Source of the DNA: Podarcis vaucheri | Lineage: Eukaryota | Assembly: GCA_965113315.1 (NCBI GenBank) | Contig: OZ220367.1 | Length of the DNA: 63,861 nucleotides | Reading direction: 5' to 3' (one strand) | Shown here: piece by piece, positions 11,712 through 24,435 of the stretch | Layout of the letters: the number at the start of each line of letters is the position of its first letter | How positions within the stretch are numbered: the stretch's first letter is position 1 | Program-made: the position numbers and the translations under genes | Notes under the pieces: generated by a model | What the model was told of the DNA's origin: nothing | Seen by the model: the letters and a program-made list of their open reading frames with translations, nothing else | The model's database searches: none

Positions 11712-14621
11712 GCAAGCAGGCAGGTGTCATTGGATGTGCCTGCTCTGGTTTGATATTTTGGTTGAAGTTTGTTATAATGTTATAGAAAAGTCAGCTAATA
11801 GCAACAGGAAACCAAGATGGAAATGTGTTTTAAAGTCTGCTGTTGTATATATTCAAAGCCAAGTTGCAAAGAAGACAAACAATTATAGCTTAAGAGCATT
11901 TCTTGTGACTATTTTTAATAATAAGCACAAATGTGGGAATTTCTTAATGAATGGACTGATACACTGCCCTGCCAAATGGCTCTCCCGGGCACAGCATTAG
12001 CCTTTGGAAACTTCACTATTAATTTATGGTTTCCCTCCGTGTAGGTCCAAACAGTGTAATCTTCCATGCCTGCTGGAATTAAAGATGGCTTCCCTTGTTT
12101 CTTCACAGATGTTGCAAGGCATAATTAATATTTGCAAATCACTGCCAGATTCTTTCAGGAAAGGCATATTCTTAATGCAAATGCTTCTACTTTCCCCCCA
12201 GTTGCCAGACTTCAAACACTTTTAATAATCATACTGAGAATTAATTAATCTTGTCTACACATTAGCAGCTACCTAACCACCCCCCTCCCAGTACTCTGTA
12301 ATCATTGTTAATAGAAACTCAAAGTGGCACAAATACCAACCAGATTCTGCTGTGACCCTTTTATATTAAATGTACATGTGGCAATAGCAAGGATACACTA
12401 GAATCTGGTTCTAAGGAAACAACTATAACAGTTGTAGGGATGGTTACTTTATTACTGCAATCATTTCCTTAGGCTGTGTTTGCATATCATGCTGTCAAAC
12501 CATGGCTTAGCACAAACATGCCAGTTCCTCAAGAGAGATCAAAGCCATTTTGCACTTTTTAGGTCAGTGTAAAGGCTCTTGCACATTTGTCCCATTCCTA
12601 GATAACACAGCTCTAAGATGTTTTCTATTTGTCCCACTGCTTTCCCTGGGAAAACCTGCTTTTTCCTACTGAATCAGAACAAATATTGATTTGCAGGAAA
12701 ACTGATGGACATTTGTAGCAATTCAGCAGTAAACAGCAGGTTTTCCCGGGGGAAAATGTTGAGAGAAGCAGAAATGTGGGCACGCCCTCAAAATATTGCC
12801 CAAACCTAGGCTCCTTCACCGTGATCTGTATCCAAGGTTTGTTATAGGTGGGTTTTTTGTGGGTTGTTTTTTTTTAAGTATTTTATACTGTATTTTGATG
12901 TTGCTGGTGTTGCTTTGTGAGCCTCTGCTGGCCGTTATTGCCTGGATGCCTGCAGAATGTAACTGTTGCTTAGCCAGTGTTGCATCTGCTGAGACTCAGA
13001 ACCTCAGTTCAATCTGCAAGTCAAGCACACAACTCTTTCTGCAAACTGACAAGCTCTTTCATATGCAAAATGGAAATAAGGACCCAATTTGTTGTGATGA
13101 GTTGGCACATGAAAGTCCAGAGCACCTGCATTTTGAGCATGGAGGTTAGATTATGTTTACTGAGTAGTGAGCGATGCTGCCAAATGTATCTTTCAATAGA
13201 AACTTTTTTTAATGCACATTTGAATATGTATTGAAATGCATATTTTCATGCACTTAAAAAAAATCACAAATTAATGCAGAATTCTGATGGACTTTCAGGT
13301 GGGCAAACGTGAAAGTGGCAAGGGCCAAAAACAGACTGACCTGAATTCTCCTAAGTAGGGAAGCTTAGATTTGCAGCCCTATCGTAATTTCCACATTGTG
13401 ATTCAATTGTCATTTGTATGTGAAATGTGCCTTTCCTTCAATTAACTAAAATTCCTCACAATTATATTTCGAGAATTGAAATAATACTTAATACCTACTG
13501 AGTTTTTGTTTCAAACATTTTCCCCACCTCTGTGACCAACTCTGTTTTATTCATATTTTTTGTCTCTTTTGTCTCTTTCCAGAAAGGAGAGATACGCTAT
13601 CTGCTTGTGTACATTTTGAAATCATTAGGCTTTCTGCAATCAAATGCTTTGTTTGCAATTATAGGTTACAGCAACAAAGACTTTAATGTTTGTTTACAAG
13701 GACGCATGAGGAAAGATATTTATCATGTAGCAACAAGTCCTCCAAAAGCTCAGATGGCATCCTCAATTGCACATGGATTACATTATTGATCTGGTTATAC
13801 CTGCTGATATAATAGGTGTTGGCCATAGCACACCCCATCTTCCTTAGATGCATTCTCTGTATCTGCCTTTCGAATATTCATTCTGTGGTTTCTAGATCAT
13901 CTTAGATAATCATCTCTCTTGCTACGACTCTCTCATGAGAAAATAAATGTCATTATTTTCTCTATCTGGTGGAAAGTGGTAGGGGGAGATGAGTCACCAA
14001 TGAAAAAAGGCAGAAAAGGAAGACACCTTTGAAAAAGAGCTCTAATGCTCAGAATACATTTAGCTCTATTGGAAAAGAAAACTAGTTTTCTATAATGCCT
14101 CTGGATAGTGTCCTCTTTTCCATGCTACACATTGGTGCAGCTTTCCTATTTCTGAACTGTTAGGGCCAAATTAAAGTTATATTAAAAACAATTTTTCAAA
14201 ATGTGGACCCCCCCCCTTTGAAAATGAAAATGATCAGGTTAACGTACAGTCCAAGCTTTCAACCTGTTAGGCTGGAGGAGATTTGGATGAGGCAGTGGTG
14301 TAGCTCAGCCTAGACCTACCACATCTCTGCTGGCAGGTGAGCTCCACCAGTTAGAAACTCCTCAGTGTGCCCACCGAAAGAGCCAGCTGGTGGTCTCCCC
14401 ACCAGCAGTAGCCACTAGAAGCCCCCTGGGCTGGGGAGGGGATGGAGCTGGCCAGCAAAAGATCTGCTGTGTCCTGAGCTAATCCTGATGGCAATAGGCC
14501 CAATCCAGGCATCTTTGCTATACCTGGCAGGGAGGTGGTGCAGCAAAGTGGTATTTTTCTCTTGCCACTTCTACCTTCCCGTTGAATACAAGCAGCAGCT
14601 CCATGGAGATGGCGGTGGCTA

Positions 14622-14935
14622 CAGTGGCATAGCGTGGGTTGCCTGCTCCCAGGGCTGCACGGAGGTGGAGGAGTTGGAGGGAGGGACATATACAGAGTAT
14701 GCATGTACATCCAACTGCCTGTCCATGTCCCCCAGGAAGATAAGAAAAAATAGTCATTCCTTTGTCTGGAGAGGTCTCTTCCCGGTTCGCATAGAGAAGC
14801 CATTTTCAATGGAGCCCAGCAATGGAAGCACACAGCTGAAGTGAGGCCGCACCAGGTGTTGGAATTTTGCACCCCTGTCAATTGTGTGCCCAGGGCTACC
14901 ACCCCTGTGCCCCCACATGCTACACCACGCTATGC
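14622..14935. mobile_element. Old hAT-like non-autonomous element
   Basis: CAGTGGCATAGCGTGG...CCACGCTATG inverted ends; right boundary fuzzy. Confidence 0.5.
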
Positions 14936-15445
14936 TGCTCCATTAAGCCCCACCAGTGCTAGCCAAGGGTTTCGATTGTTCTGTCTGGCATGCTGTTCAA
15001 GATTTGTGTTTAACATGATTGGCAGTTCGAACCTCCTTCCTTTTGCAACTTTGCTGCATACAGAGCAGGCATAGAGAAGATGTGGCCCTTCCAATGTTCC
15101 TGGAATCCAGCTCCCATCAGCCCCAGACAGCATGGCCAGTGGCCAGGAATGATGGGAGTTCAACTGAAAAATGTATGGGAGAGTGACAGGTAAAGCTGAG
15201 TATATATAGGTGGGCAAAAGGCCCACCTCTTCAGACTTGCATCTCCCTCCCGTTCCATCAGGCTCTTCTCCCTATACAATTCCTGTTCCAGTCAGGTGTT
15301 TTTTTTTTAGAGATGCTTCACTGACCACCAATCATCTTTGGAGCACTTTCAGGTACTCTCCTTGACCATAGCTACACTTTTATTTTTAAAGGGGTGGAGC
15401 TGAAGATATGGGGGGGGCAAGACAAATGGGGGGGCAAGAAAGATA

Positions 15446-15593
15446 GGGTAGGTATCCAACTAACATGTCCCATCATCACAGGAGTGAACCCTTGAACAGA
15501 TTTAGGAGGTAGGTTGGGAGAGGAGAGGAGAGATGTTTCATTGTGCAAGTGGAAATCCTTGCACTTACGGAATGTGTGAGTTGGATACCGCCC
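15446..15593. mobile_element. PIF/Harbinger-like MITE
   Basis: GGGTAGGTATCCAACT...AGTTGGATACCGCCC; 3-bp flank ATA on both sides; related to 62457-62676. Confidence 0.6.
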
Positions 15594-18137
15594 ATAGAGT
15601 TTATATGTAGATTGCACTGAGGCCCATGGGATCAACTTCAAATCCTGAGCCTTAGGACCAATGCCTGAGATTTGACTACTAAATTTCCATATGATTGTGC
15701 TAAACAGCTCATGCTTAAAAAAAAAAAAGCAGTCCTCAAACATGGTGCATTCTGTTTTTTCGCCTTTTCTTTTAAAAAGTATGTTTTCCCTTATTTGCAT
15801 CATCACTGGAAAAACCTTTTCAGCTTGTTGCAATAATTCCCCTCCCTTTTACGCACACAAGTTCAGCCATTACAAATTTGCTAAATGGGTATTTATGTCT
15901 GACTTAAGATTCTATTTATATCTATTCTGGAAAGCATTCATTTGCTCCCTTTCCCCCCTTTCATTGGCATGAAAGATTGTTGATTAAATGTAATAATAGT
16001 AATAATGGAATGGAGCAGAGATACAGCTTCCTTAAATGCCATTTCTGCAGAGTCCAATTTAATCCTTCCCCGATAGCGGCACTTCATTATAACTCTATTT
16101 GGCAGTAAATTTCACAGGAAGAGCATGTGTCACAGTTACGAAGGCAAATTTCGGAATAACACATCAGTTAAAAAGACCACCCATGGAACGTCCACTGCCC
16201 ATATTCTGTTAGGGATGGAAACACAGAGTTGGAGAAATGATGTTGACGTCGCTTTAAACCCAGCCTTCAAGTAGGGAGATTCTGAGGATAAAACTCCTGG
16301 CCTGGCATTGGGGAGTCCACAACTCCCTTGCTCCCATGATTTGGGCCTTCTTTCAACATGGTTCAACCACCCATTTCTCTAATGTTTTGAAGAGGCAAAG
16401 GCAAAGTCTTTCCATGAGGCTTGTCCAATTCAGAGGCTTCAAACTCTCTGCCAATTGCAGGGGCTGATGTGTACACCCCTGTTCCTTTCCATAACTAAAC
16501 AAGGGTTTTGAAGCCTAAACACATGCTGTCCAAGGTAACTCAGTCTGCTGGTTCCCAGTCTTAGACCTGGATGTTTTTTCTTCAAGCTCCTGACACTGGG
16601 CTACTGGTGTTGGATTGGTTATGGCCAATCCATACTGGGTCATACTGGAGAGCCATTGTCATCCCATCAGGCAGATGTGTGGAATAAAGCCATGGAAAAG
16701 AGGCAACTGAGCAAGTCCACAGACGCTTTCAGAAAAGCGCCTATGATATGGCCCCAGTCAACTGAAATCAGCACTAGAGCTGGGCTCTATTCATTGATCA
16801 TTGAATGGGTGGGGTAAAACTGAGACCTCCTGGAAGACTGGGGGAGAATAATGTTTCTTAGATTTTCAGAGTGAGATTGCTGGTTACCCTACATAACCTT
16901 ACAAGGTAGCCAAAGGTTTTCCATTTTTCTTGCTTTTTTCACTTTATAAGGGAAAGCTACTCTGCTCTCAGCAATACAAGACTGTTCCCAGTTTCACACT
17001 GGCTGCATTTCCTGGAATGCCCTGGGAGTGATGCCACCTCACGTTACATCACACAGCTCCACAAGCATCCCAGAAAGTATGGCCAGTGGGAAGTGGCATG
17101 AGGCTCTCTCCACAGTTTCCGACCAGCACACTTCTTGTGTTGCCAGGCATCCCCAAGGCGTTCCAGGAAGTGCAGGCAGGAGGATTCTATTGAGAGACTC
17201 TCATGTTGCTCTGAGTGGTTCGAAAAGCAAGTGGGAGCACCCACCCCAAAACCCCCAGCCACCTTGTAGAGTTTAGAAAGGCAAGCAGCTACACAGCACC
17301 CCTCCTGAGAATTCCAGAGAAATTTCTCCACATCCACCCACCAAGAACACAACAGAAAATATATGCCTCTTTTTGCAAGGGGAGAATATTTTCATGGGGA
17401 ATTTTAGCCCAGCCTTAGACTGTGCAATCTGTCCCCAAAATTGGTGCCCTTCCCAGAATACCTCCATACACCTGGGATTCCTTTTGAATTGCCTGCCCTG
17501 TTGTCTTTCGTGCAGCTAACAGTTATATCTGTCCTAAAGTCACTTTGCTCCAACAAGTCCTCCCTATTACTCAAGTCCTATAAGATGAATTTACATCACA
17601 TTTCAGATGAGCCTAATGTTTCCCGAGTGTGGGGCGAAAACTCTTCAGACAGCCGACAGTAGCTGTTTGCCTGACATGCTATGTGTCTTGTCTTGGGCTG
17701 GTTCCTTTCTGACACATTCAGAAAGGCGCCTTTGATTTGTCCAGCTCCTTTTAGCCTTTGCAGGGGCATTCTCAGCCTTTTTTGGGGGGGCAGACACATG
17801 GGCTACATTATTTCATGTGCCTGTGCAGGAGACGGAGGGAGGGAGGTGAAGTTAGTAAAGTTTCATATAGCAACAAACAACAAAATGTGTGAACATCTGT
17901 GGCAGCTGTTTTAATCAAGACAGGAAAGATTAGCTTTAACATGCCTTAACCTCTGCATGACAGTGTGCATTTTCTTATATCCTTAGGCTATGTGACCTCT
18001 GGGTTCTGGCAGCCAAGAGTGGAAGGAGGAATTTTCAGTCTGCAAGCTGACTTGGCATTGATCTTGCCTTGTAACTTGGAGCTATTTGATGCAGGGTATT
18101 AGAGGCTGGAATGAAGAGCTTTCGTTCACTTTCAAGG

Positions 18138-18492
18138 GTGGCGCTGTGGGCTAAAGCCTCAGCGCCTAGGGCTTGCCGATCGAGAGGTCGGCGGTTCGAA
18201 TCCCCGCGGCGGGGTGCGCTCCCGCTGCTCGGTCCCAGCGCCTGCCCACCTAGCAGTTCGAAAGCACCCCCGGGGGCAAGTAGATAAATAGGTACCGCTT
18301 ACCAGCGGGAAGGTAAACGGCGTTCCGTGTGCGGCTCTGGCTCGCCAGAGCAGCGTTGTCACGCTGGCCACGTGACCCGGAAGTGTCTTCGGACAGCGCT
18401 GGCCCCCGGCCAATAGATGTGAGATGGGCGCACAAACCCCAGAGTCTGTCAAGACTGGCCCGTTTGGGCAGGGGTACCTTTACCTTTACCTT
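18138..18492 (+). mobile_element. Sauria SINE, young CpG-rich copy
   Basis: tRNA-like head (GTGGCGCTGTGG A box, GGTTCGAATCC B box), CTAGCAGTTCGAAAGCAC body, (ACCTTT)n tail; 41-bp direct repeat on both sides. Confidence 0.95.
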
Positions 18493-18550
18493 TATTAGAG
18501 GCTGGAATGAAGAGCTTTCGTTCACTTTCAAGGATACAGACCAAACCAGG

Positions 18551-18609
18551 AGAAAAGAAAAGAAAAGAAAAGAAAAGAAAAGAAAAGAAAAGAAAAGAAA
18601 AGAAAAGAA
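18551..18609. repeat. (AAAAG)n microsatellite
   Basis: Directly visible. Confidence 0.97.
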
Positions 18610-18724
18610 GTGAAGTTTTGGCTTATCATTGAGTCCACAATATCTCTGATCATTAACATGAATATATTTTCCTCAGAGGTGTACCAGCGAAATGAATGAA
18701 ACATCTCCAGAACTTACTTCTGAG

Positions 18725-18967
18725 CAAAGGTACCTTGCTACTCGAAGGACTTGGCTCCCAAACAAATCAGCTCCCGCACGCCGCAAAGCTAGAAGTAAGT
18801 ATTCCGGTTTGTGAATGTTTTTGGGAAGCCAAACATCCTGACGCGGCTTCCACTTGAGTGCAGAAAGCTCCTGCAGCCAATCAGAAGCCACACCTTGGTT
18901 TTCAAATGGTTTGGGGAATCAAATTGACTCCTGGAATGGATTAGGTTCGATAACCAAGGTACCACTA
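18725..18967 (+). mobile_element. Tigger-like MITE, family B
   Basis: GGTACCTTG...CAAGGTACCACTA ends; internal GCAGCCAATCAGAAGC shared with 50726-50975. Confidence 0.75.
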
Positions 18968-19160
18968 TAGATTTGGGGTAGGTTTTTAACAATATTTTGT
19001 TATACATTTACACCCCATTTTTTGACAGAAAAATCATGGCTTACAATCAAAATCTCATTAATCATAGCAAATTATTGAAAGGTGAAGACCAATTAAAATC
19101 CATAAAAATCAAAGAAGCCAAATTAAAGCAGGAAATTCACACACGTGCTTAAACACTTAA

Positions 19161-19216
<56 letters not shown>
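19161..19216. repeat. Compound (AC)n(AG)n microsatellite
   Basis: Directly visible. Confidence 0.95.
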
Positions 19217-19217
<1 letters not shown>

Positions 19218-20141
19218 AAGTGACATTCAAAACCTAAGAAAACAGGATGGAGCTTGCCTGGTGCCTAAATGATAGCAACATGCCCAGGAAGACGATTCCA
19301 TAGTTTGAGTGCTACCACTGCAAGGCCCTCTTACTTCTTTTAATAGTATCATTGATCCTATGGGAAGGGGTCCTATGGGATATTTCATTGACTTAGAGCT
19401 AAATGTCCCATAAGACCCAATCTCTTTGAGAAATTATGCTCTTCTCTCTCTCTCCCCCCCCCCACCCTCAAAACTACTTGGATGTTTTGCCTGAGGAGAC
19501 ATCTCCACATTCGGCTTGAGTTTTGCTGTAGGGGAGATTTTGGCGGCAACTCTAATAAAAATCATCTGTGTCAGATTCACATCACTTCCCTTCATCAATC
19601 CTCTTCTTACAGATGTCTTGTAAAGTTGCTAGTGAATTTAGCCCAAGAGAGAGAAACTTCTGCTCAAATAATATTTTTCTTCACTTCTGAGTCAAGTTAA
19701 AGGAAATGTAAAGAGATGGCTGAAATTGCTCTCTGTGTGCATGTGCACAAGGACACACTATAACAATAACAATTGGTGCTAGTCTGGACTTTTTGCATGG
19801 TTTATTTCTATGGATCATAGCATCAGTATAGCCAAATGAGGCCTTCTAAACCTCTCTCAATGCCACATCTCTCATGAGCCCTGCATTTTCCCCCTGGGTG
19901 AACTTTGTCCTTCAACTCTGACCATACCTCTTGTGTACTTGCCTGAATGGAGCATAGGAAGGAATGTTTCTGTATGCCCTTGTAGAACTAACCTACTATA
20001 TAAAGGCGAAAGTGACATTTGTTTGTGTGTAGCCCTGCCCATTTCTGTCCCGTGGCCCTTGAAAAGTTGACCTGGAGGAATTGTGTCCCTAAAGCTGGAA
20101 AAAGGCCTACCTGAAGTAGGGCTTTTTTAATGTTCTGGTTA

Positions 20142-20375
20142 CAGTGGTACCTCGGGTTAAGTACTTAATTCCTTCCGGAGGTCCATTCTTAACCTGAAAC
20201 TGTTCTTAACCTGAAGCACCACTTTAGCTAATGGGGCCTCCCGCTGCCGCTGCTGCACGATTTCTGTTCTCATCCTGAAACAAAGTTCTTAACCTGAAGC
20301 ACTATTTCTGGGTTAACGGAGTCTGTAACCTGAAGCGTATGTAACCTGAAGCGTATGTAACCCGAGGTACCACTG
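20142..20375 (+). mobile_element. Tigger-like MITE, family A
   Basis: TA|CAGTGGTACCTCGGG...CCCGAGGTACCACTG|TA. Confidence 0.93.
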
Positions 20376-20683
20376 TATTTGTTTATTTTATTTTATTAAG
20401 GAAAAAACCTGTGGTAGGCGTCAAAATTCAACATACTGTGGTAATTGTTTTCACTGCTTTCCAGACCATTATGTTATTTATTGACACTACCAGTACTAGA
20501 GGTGACATGGAAGGAAGGAAGGAGGGGTAAGACTTTAGATGACAAGCCGAAGAAGGAATCTGTTCCACAAGAGTTGCTTCCTTACTACGTCCCTTGATCA
20601 TGCTTGTCAGCCAAATTTCCCTCAGGCCTTTTGATATTTCATTCCACTCTGAGGATCCTTTGGAAGAGAAGGGGTGGCAGGGG

Positions 20684-20690
<7 letters not shown>

Positions 20691-20733
<43 letters not shown>
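20691..20733. repeat. (GA)n microsatellite
   Basis: Directly visible. Confidence 0.97.
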
Positions 20734-20737
<4 letters not shown>

Positions 20738-21374
20738 CATTTGTTAAGTTGGTTGTTGTTTTTTTACATGATCGCTTTCCTAACACAAGAACGAAAGGAA
20801 GGCCACACAAAGCCTTGTATGTGCTTTCTGGGTGAGCTCAGCATCAGGCATGGCTGCAAGGGATGAAATGTAACCTTTGCAGAACATAAGGGATGATGGG
20901 AAAAGATGATCATAAAGTATTGTGTAATCCAATGTAAAGAGACAGGCCCCCTTGTGCTGGATCAGAAAACCAGGTTGCAAAATTCATAGAGGAGTCCCGC
21001 AAACAGACTTCCGTTCTTCCCCTCCCTTTCATAAATGTTCAGTCTTGGGACCTGTCAAATTGGGGACAGAAAATAGGGAGGCAGGAACAATCTGCAGCTC
21101 TATTAAATCCATGCCACACTGTGATTCCTACTGCACAAGAGTGGGCAGCGAGAATGAACCCATTCATCCTGCCCTGTCTTGCAGCTCCCTGTTGCCTTTT
21201 TTTTTTTTTTGGCAGCCCCCACATGTTGGTGTCTGAACTTCACTTGCTGCACTCAAGAAGGCTCAGCATGTGATTCGGAATCTTGATCTTTCAGGAAGCC
21301 TATTTGAATTCTCTGGATAGAGAAGTTCAGTCACCAAAGTGTGGGATAGCAGGGACTATAGGAAAGGGAACAGG

Positions 21375-21580
21375 GATGTGCAGGAGGGGGCAGGGTCAGA
21401 ATGCTGAGGAAGCTCTTGAGATGAAGAACGAAATCCAGGAAGCATCCAAAAGAGGAGACACAGTAATGGGACTTCAACTGCCCTCACATAGACTGGTGGC
21501 ATATGTGTTCCAGTCATGACAAAGAGGTATCATTTCTTGATGATAACCTAGAACAGTAGGTGTTTGAAATGACCACAGGG
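21375..21580 (+). mobile_element. CR1 LINE ORF2 endonuclease-domain remnant
   Basis: QNAEEALEMKNEIQEASKRGDTVM, frameshift, then GDFNCPHIDW; GDFNxPxIDW is the AP-endonuclease motif of CR1-type LINEs. Confidence 0.8.
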
Positions 21581-22950
21581 GCCATCATATGGAAAGCATA
21601 ACTACTAGCAGTTCCAAAATAAAGAAACACAACAGAGACAACCAACTCTACCCACCAAATATACAAGCATGGATGTATAAGTAGCAACAGCATCTCACTT
21701 CTGATACTACCTATCCAAGTTCACACTCAGATATGCACTCCTTACCCCCGGGATTCTCTGCTTTCACCAGAGAAACACCCAGAATCATTCCTCACCCTCA
21801 CAATATCCATACAAATAAACACCAAATTGGTTGCTGTTTCCTCATTGCCCCTCCAAGCCAAAAGAGGGAGCCCCAGGCACAGAGGGGTCCATTCACTGAG
21901 ATCCTACAAGGTCTCAAGGCTGGACCTACCCTCAGAAGGAGGTAGCAACCTCGGGCAACTGACACTGGGAGTTAAGGAAAAGCAGCAAATAGTTATTTGG
22001 TTTCTTGTTCTCAATTGTTAATAAATCTATATATGCCATATTTACTGCCCATAAAACTGAACTCTGCTAAAATTATCAACAAAATTTATCTTAGGAAATG
22101 TGCACAAATTTCCCGGCAGCTGTGGCTTATAATGCCACCATATAAATAATATAAATAATATAAAACTAGTTATCTAATAATTACTCTGTCATGCTATTTT
22201 GAAATATATATAGCCCACTTTTCTATTCATAATAAGCACCCAAAAATAAACAACATTCAAATGAGCAATAAAAATAATATCATAGCAGCAGAGACGAAAA
22301 ATTCAGTCAAGTCAACAGAGAGATAACCAGGGCAAAAGCAAATTAATCCTCATAACCCCTCTGAGACAAGAGGCCAACATCCACCAATAGCTCAATTAAT
22401 CACCTGTTTTAGCAGGTTGCAGAAACAATAGCATCAAACCTTGAGTTGTGAACTTGTCTTGTTTCAATAAGCCAAAGTTGAGGCCAATAAGATGTTATAG
22501 GAGCACTCATGGTTTCCATTATTTATTTGGTGTATTCATACCAAAGGTGCCATGGATAAGGTTTTCAGATAGTCCCCCATTCACAATTGACCAGACCCAG
22601 ATCTGCATACGTTCAGCAAGACGTATATATCATGTGCCCTGCCCCCTATACGATTGCTGGAAATCTGGAAACATTGCCTCTGTCTTCCAAGACTAAGAAA
22701 ATTTGAGAGAGATCCGTACCTGAACACGTTACTTTCAGGTAATAATTCTGAAGAACTGTCTCAAATTGAAGTTCACATCAACAGGAGAGAGTTTCAAAGC
22801 AAGTGAAATAAAGCTATCATGAAGACTGAATGAAGTGCCAAAATGTTTTGAAGGATCTTGACCATGAAATGGCTTTAGCCCTGTGGCATTTTAAGGATTA
22901 ACAGATTTATTATGGTACAGTTCAGTGGAAGAGCTACAGAATACATGCTA

Positions 22951-23125
22951 CACAGGGGTGTCAACTGGAATAAAGTATTGGGGGGGGAGGCAGGTAAGCC
23001 CCACCTCACATAATTGATCCCATACACCATTTGAATGGCAATGCTTATTAATTTGGGGGCAGGGCCCCTCAAATATTTTATTGGGGTGCTGAAGGGACCT
23101 CAGCCCCTAGGAGTTGGCTCCTATG
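22951..23125. mobile_element. Non-autonomous DNA transposon (hAT-like MITE)
   Basis: CACAGGGGTGTCAACT...AGTTGGCTCCTATG imperfect inverted ends with AATATT(T)(TA)TTGGGG subterminal motifs; TSD not evident. Confidence 0.6.
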
Positions 23126-24111
23126 ACCCAACATAAGAATAAACCCTAGCATAAGAGGTTGCCAGTCATTTGGAGGAGAAACCTCCCTGTGGAAGATTCC
23201 TATTATCTCCTTTGTTCAACATCACCTCTGGAATTCTTACCTCTCAAATTCTTCCTTGTGTTCTGCACAGCAGCATATTGAGGGTTAAGGAACTGTAACA
23301 GGCAAGCTTTAAAATGTATCAAGAGGTCAGTATTTCCTTTTTTCCTTGGGTGCTACCGTTGGTGGAGTGAGAATTTGGAAGAACTGTGCCAAATTTTCTG
23401 GTACGTCTTATGAAAAGGCTGCTGCATCTTTCCCCTAGTGGATCTTTTTTTGGCCTGACACACTGTATGTTGTTGAGAAAAAGAAAGAAAGATTGCCCTC
23501 AGTCTTTCACTTCATTAGTCTGGCTCTCCCTTTTTAGACACTAGGCCTAATTAAAATTTAAACTACAAAGACACTGATCGATCCAATGATTAGAGAACTA
23601 TATCTAGACTGTGTTGCACTTCTCAGATTCCAGAGACATGGTTAGGAGTCTTAATAACAAATACTTTGTTTTTGTTCCATCTTTCCGTCCTCGCTAATGA
23701 TCGGGGAGTCACAAAAAAACCCCTGAGATATTTTTGCTAGCTTTTTTGAAACACCTTGTGCTCCCTTCAAAATCTCTTAGATGTTCACCAGAGGAACTGC
23801 CAGTTTGTACCAAATTTCATGTTAGGAAAAAATCTGTACAACTGAAGAGTGTGCAAGTTGCATACTGAGGAATTTAAACTGCCTAGATGCTTCCATACAA
23901 TTCTTCAGGTGCCTTGCCTGAGGAGGAAACCATCATTCATCCATACAAGACCTTGTATTTGGAGATTTGAGCTCATATCCTTGATTAGACACGAATCAGG
24001 GACTTGTTCACAGCTTATGGTATTGATGCGCTGTTCCACAATTGTATTTCCTGTGTGGCAAATCATAATCTCACAGATTCAGTCCTCCATTTGTGAAAAT
24101 GATTCTGTCAG

Positions 24112-24435
24112 TAGGGATGAAGGAGAAATTCCATTCAGCTCACATTTAAAGGCAAACGTATCTACTTCACACTTTTTGAAGCAAGATGCAGAGGAGCACA
24201 GCAATCTTAATTTCCCCCCCACTACTCCGAATTTTGCAGTGCAGTTTTCCTGCCAAGTAATGTGTGCTGAAATGCATAAAAAAGTGTAACATGTGCACAT
24301 AATTGTACATATTAATGAAACTAGCATACATGTTAGGGGAAAATGCTTGCAAAAATGTGTATATTAATCAAAACTGCATATAAAAATATGTTGGGAGAAA
24401 TTCACACTAAAATGCTGGTGAATTTTCCTTTTTTA
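24112..24435 (+). mobile_element. hAT-like AT-rich element (TAGGGATG family), right end truncated
   Basis: Starts TAGGGATGAAGGAGAAATT; colinear with 35943-37100 once the inserts are removed. Confidence 0.7.

Noticed and set aside
14518-14540. U1 snRNA-like TACCTGGCAGGG
   Set aside because: Only about 12 nt match and the similarity does not extend downstream.
14351-14902. 183-aa minus-strand ORF
   Set aside because: No recognisable domain; it overlaps a GC-rich old DNA element where stop codons are rare by chance.
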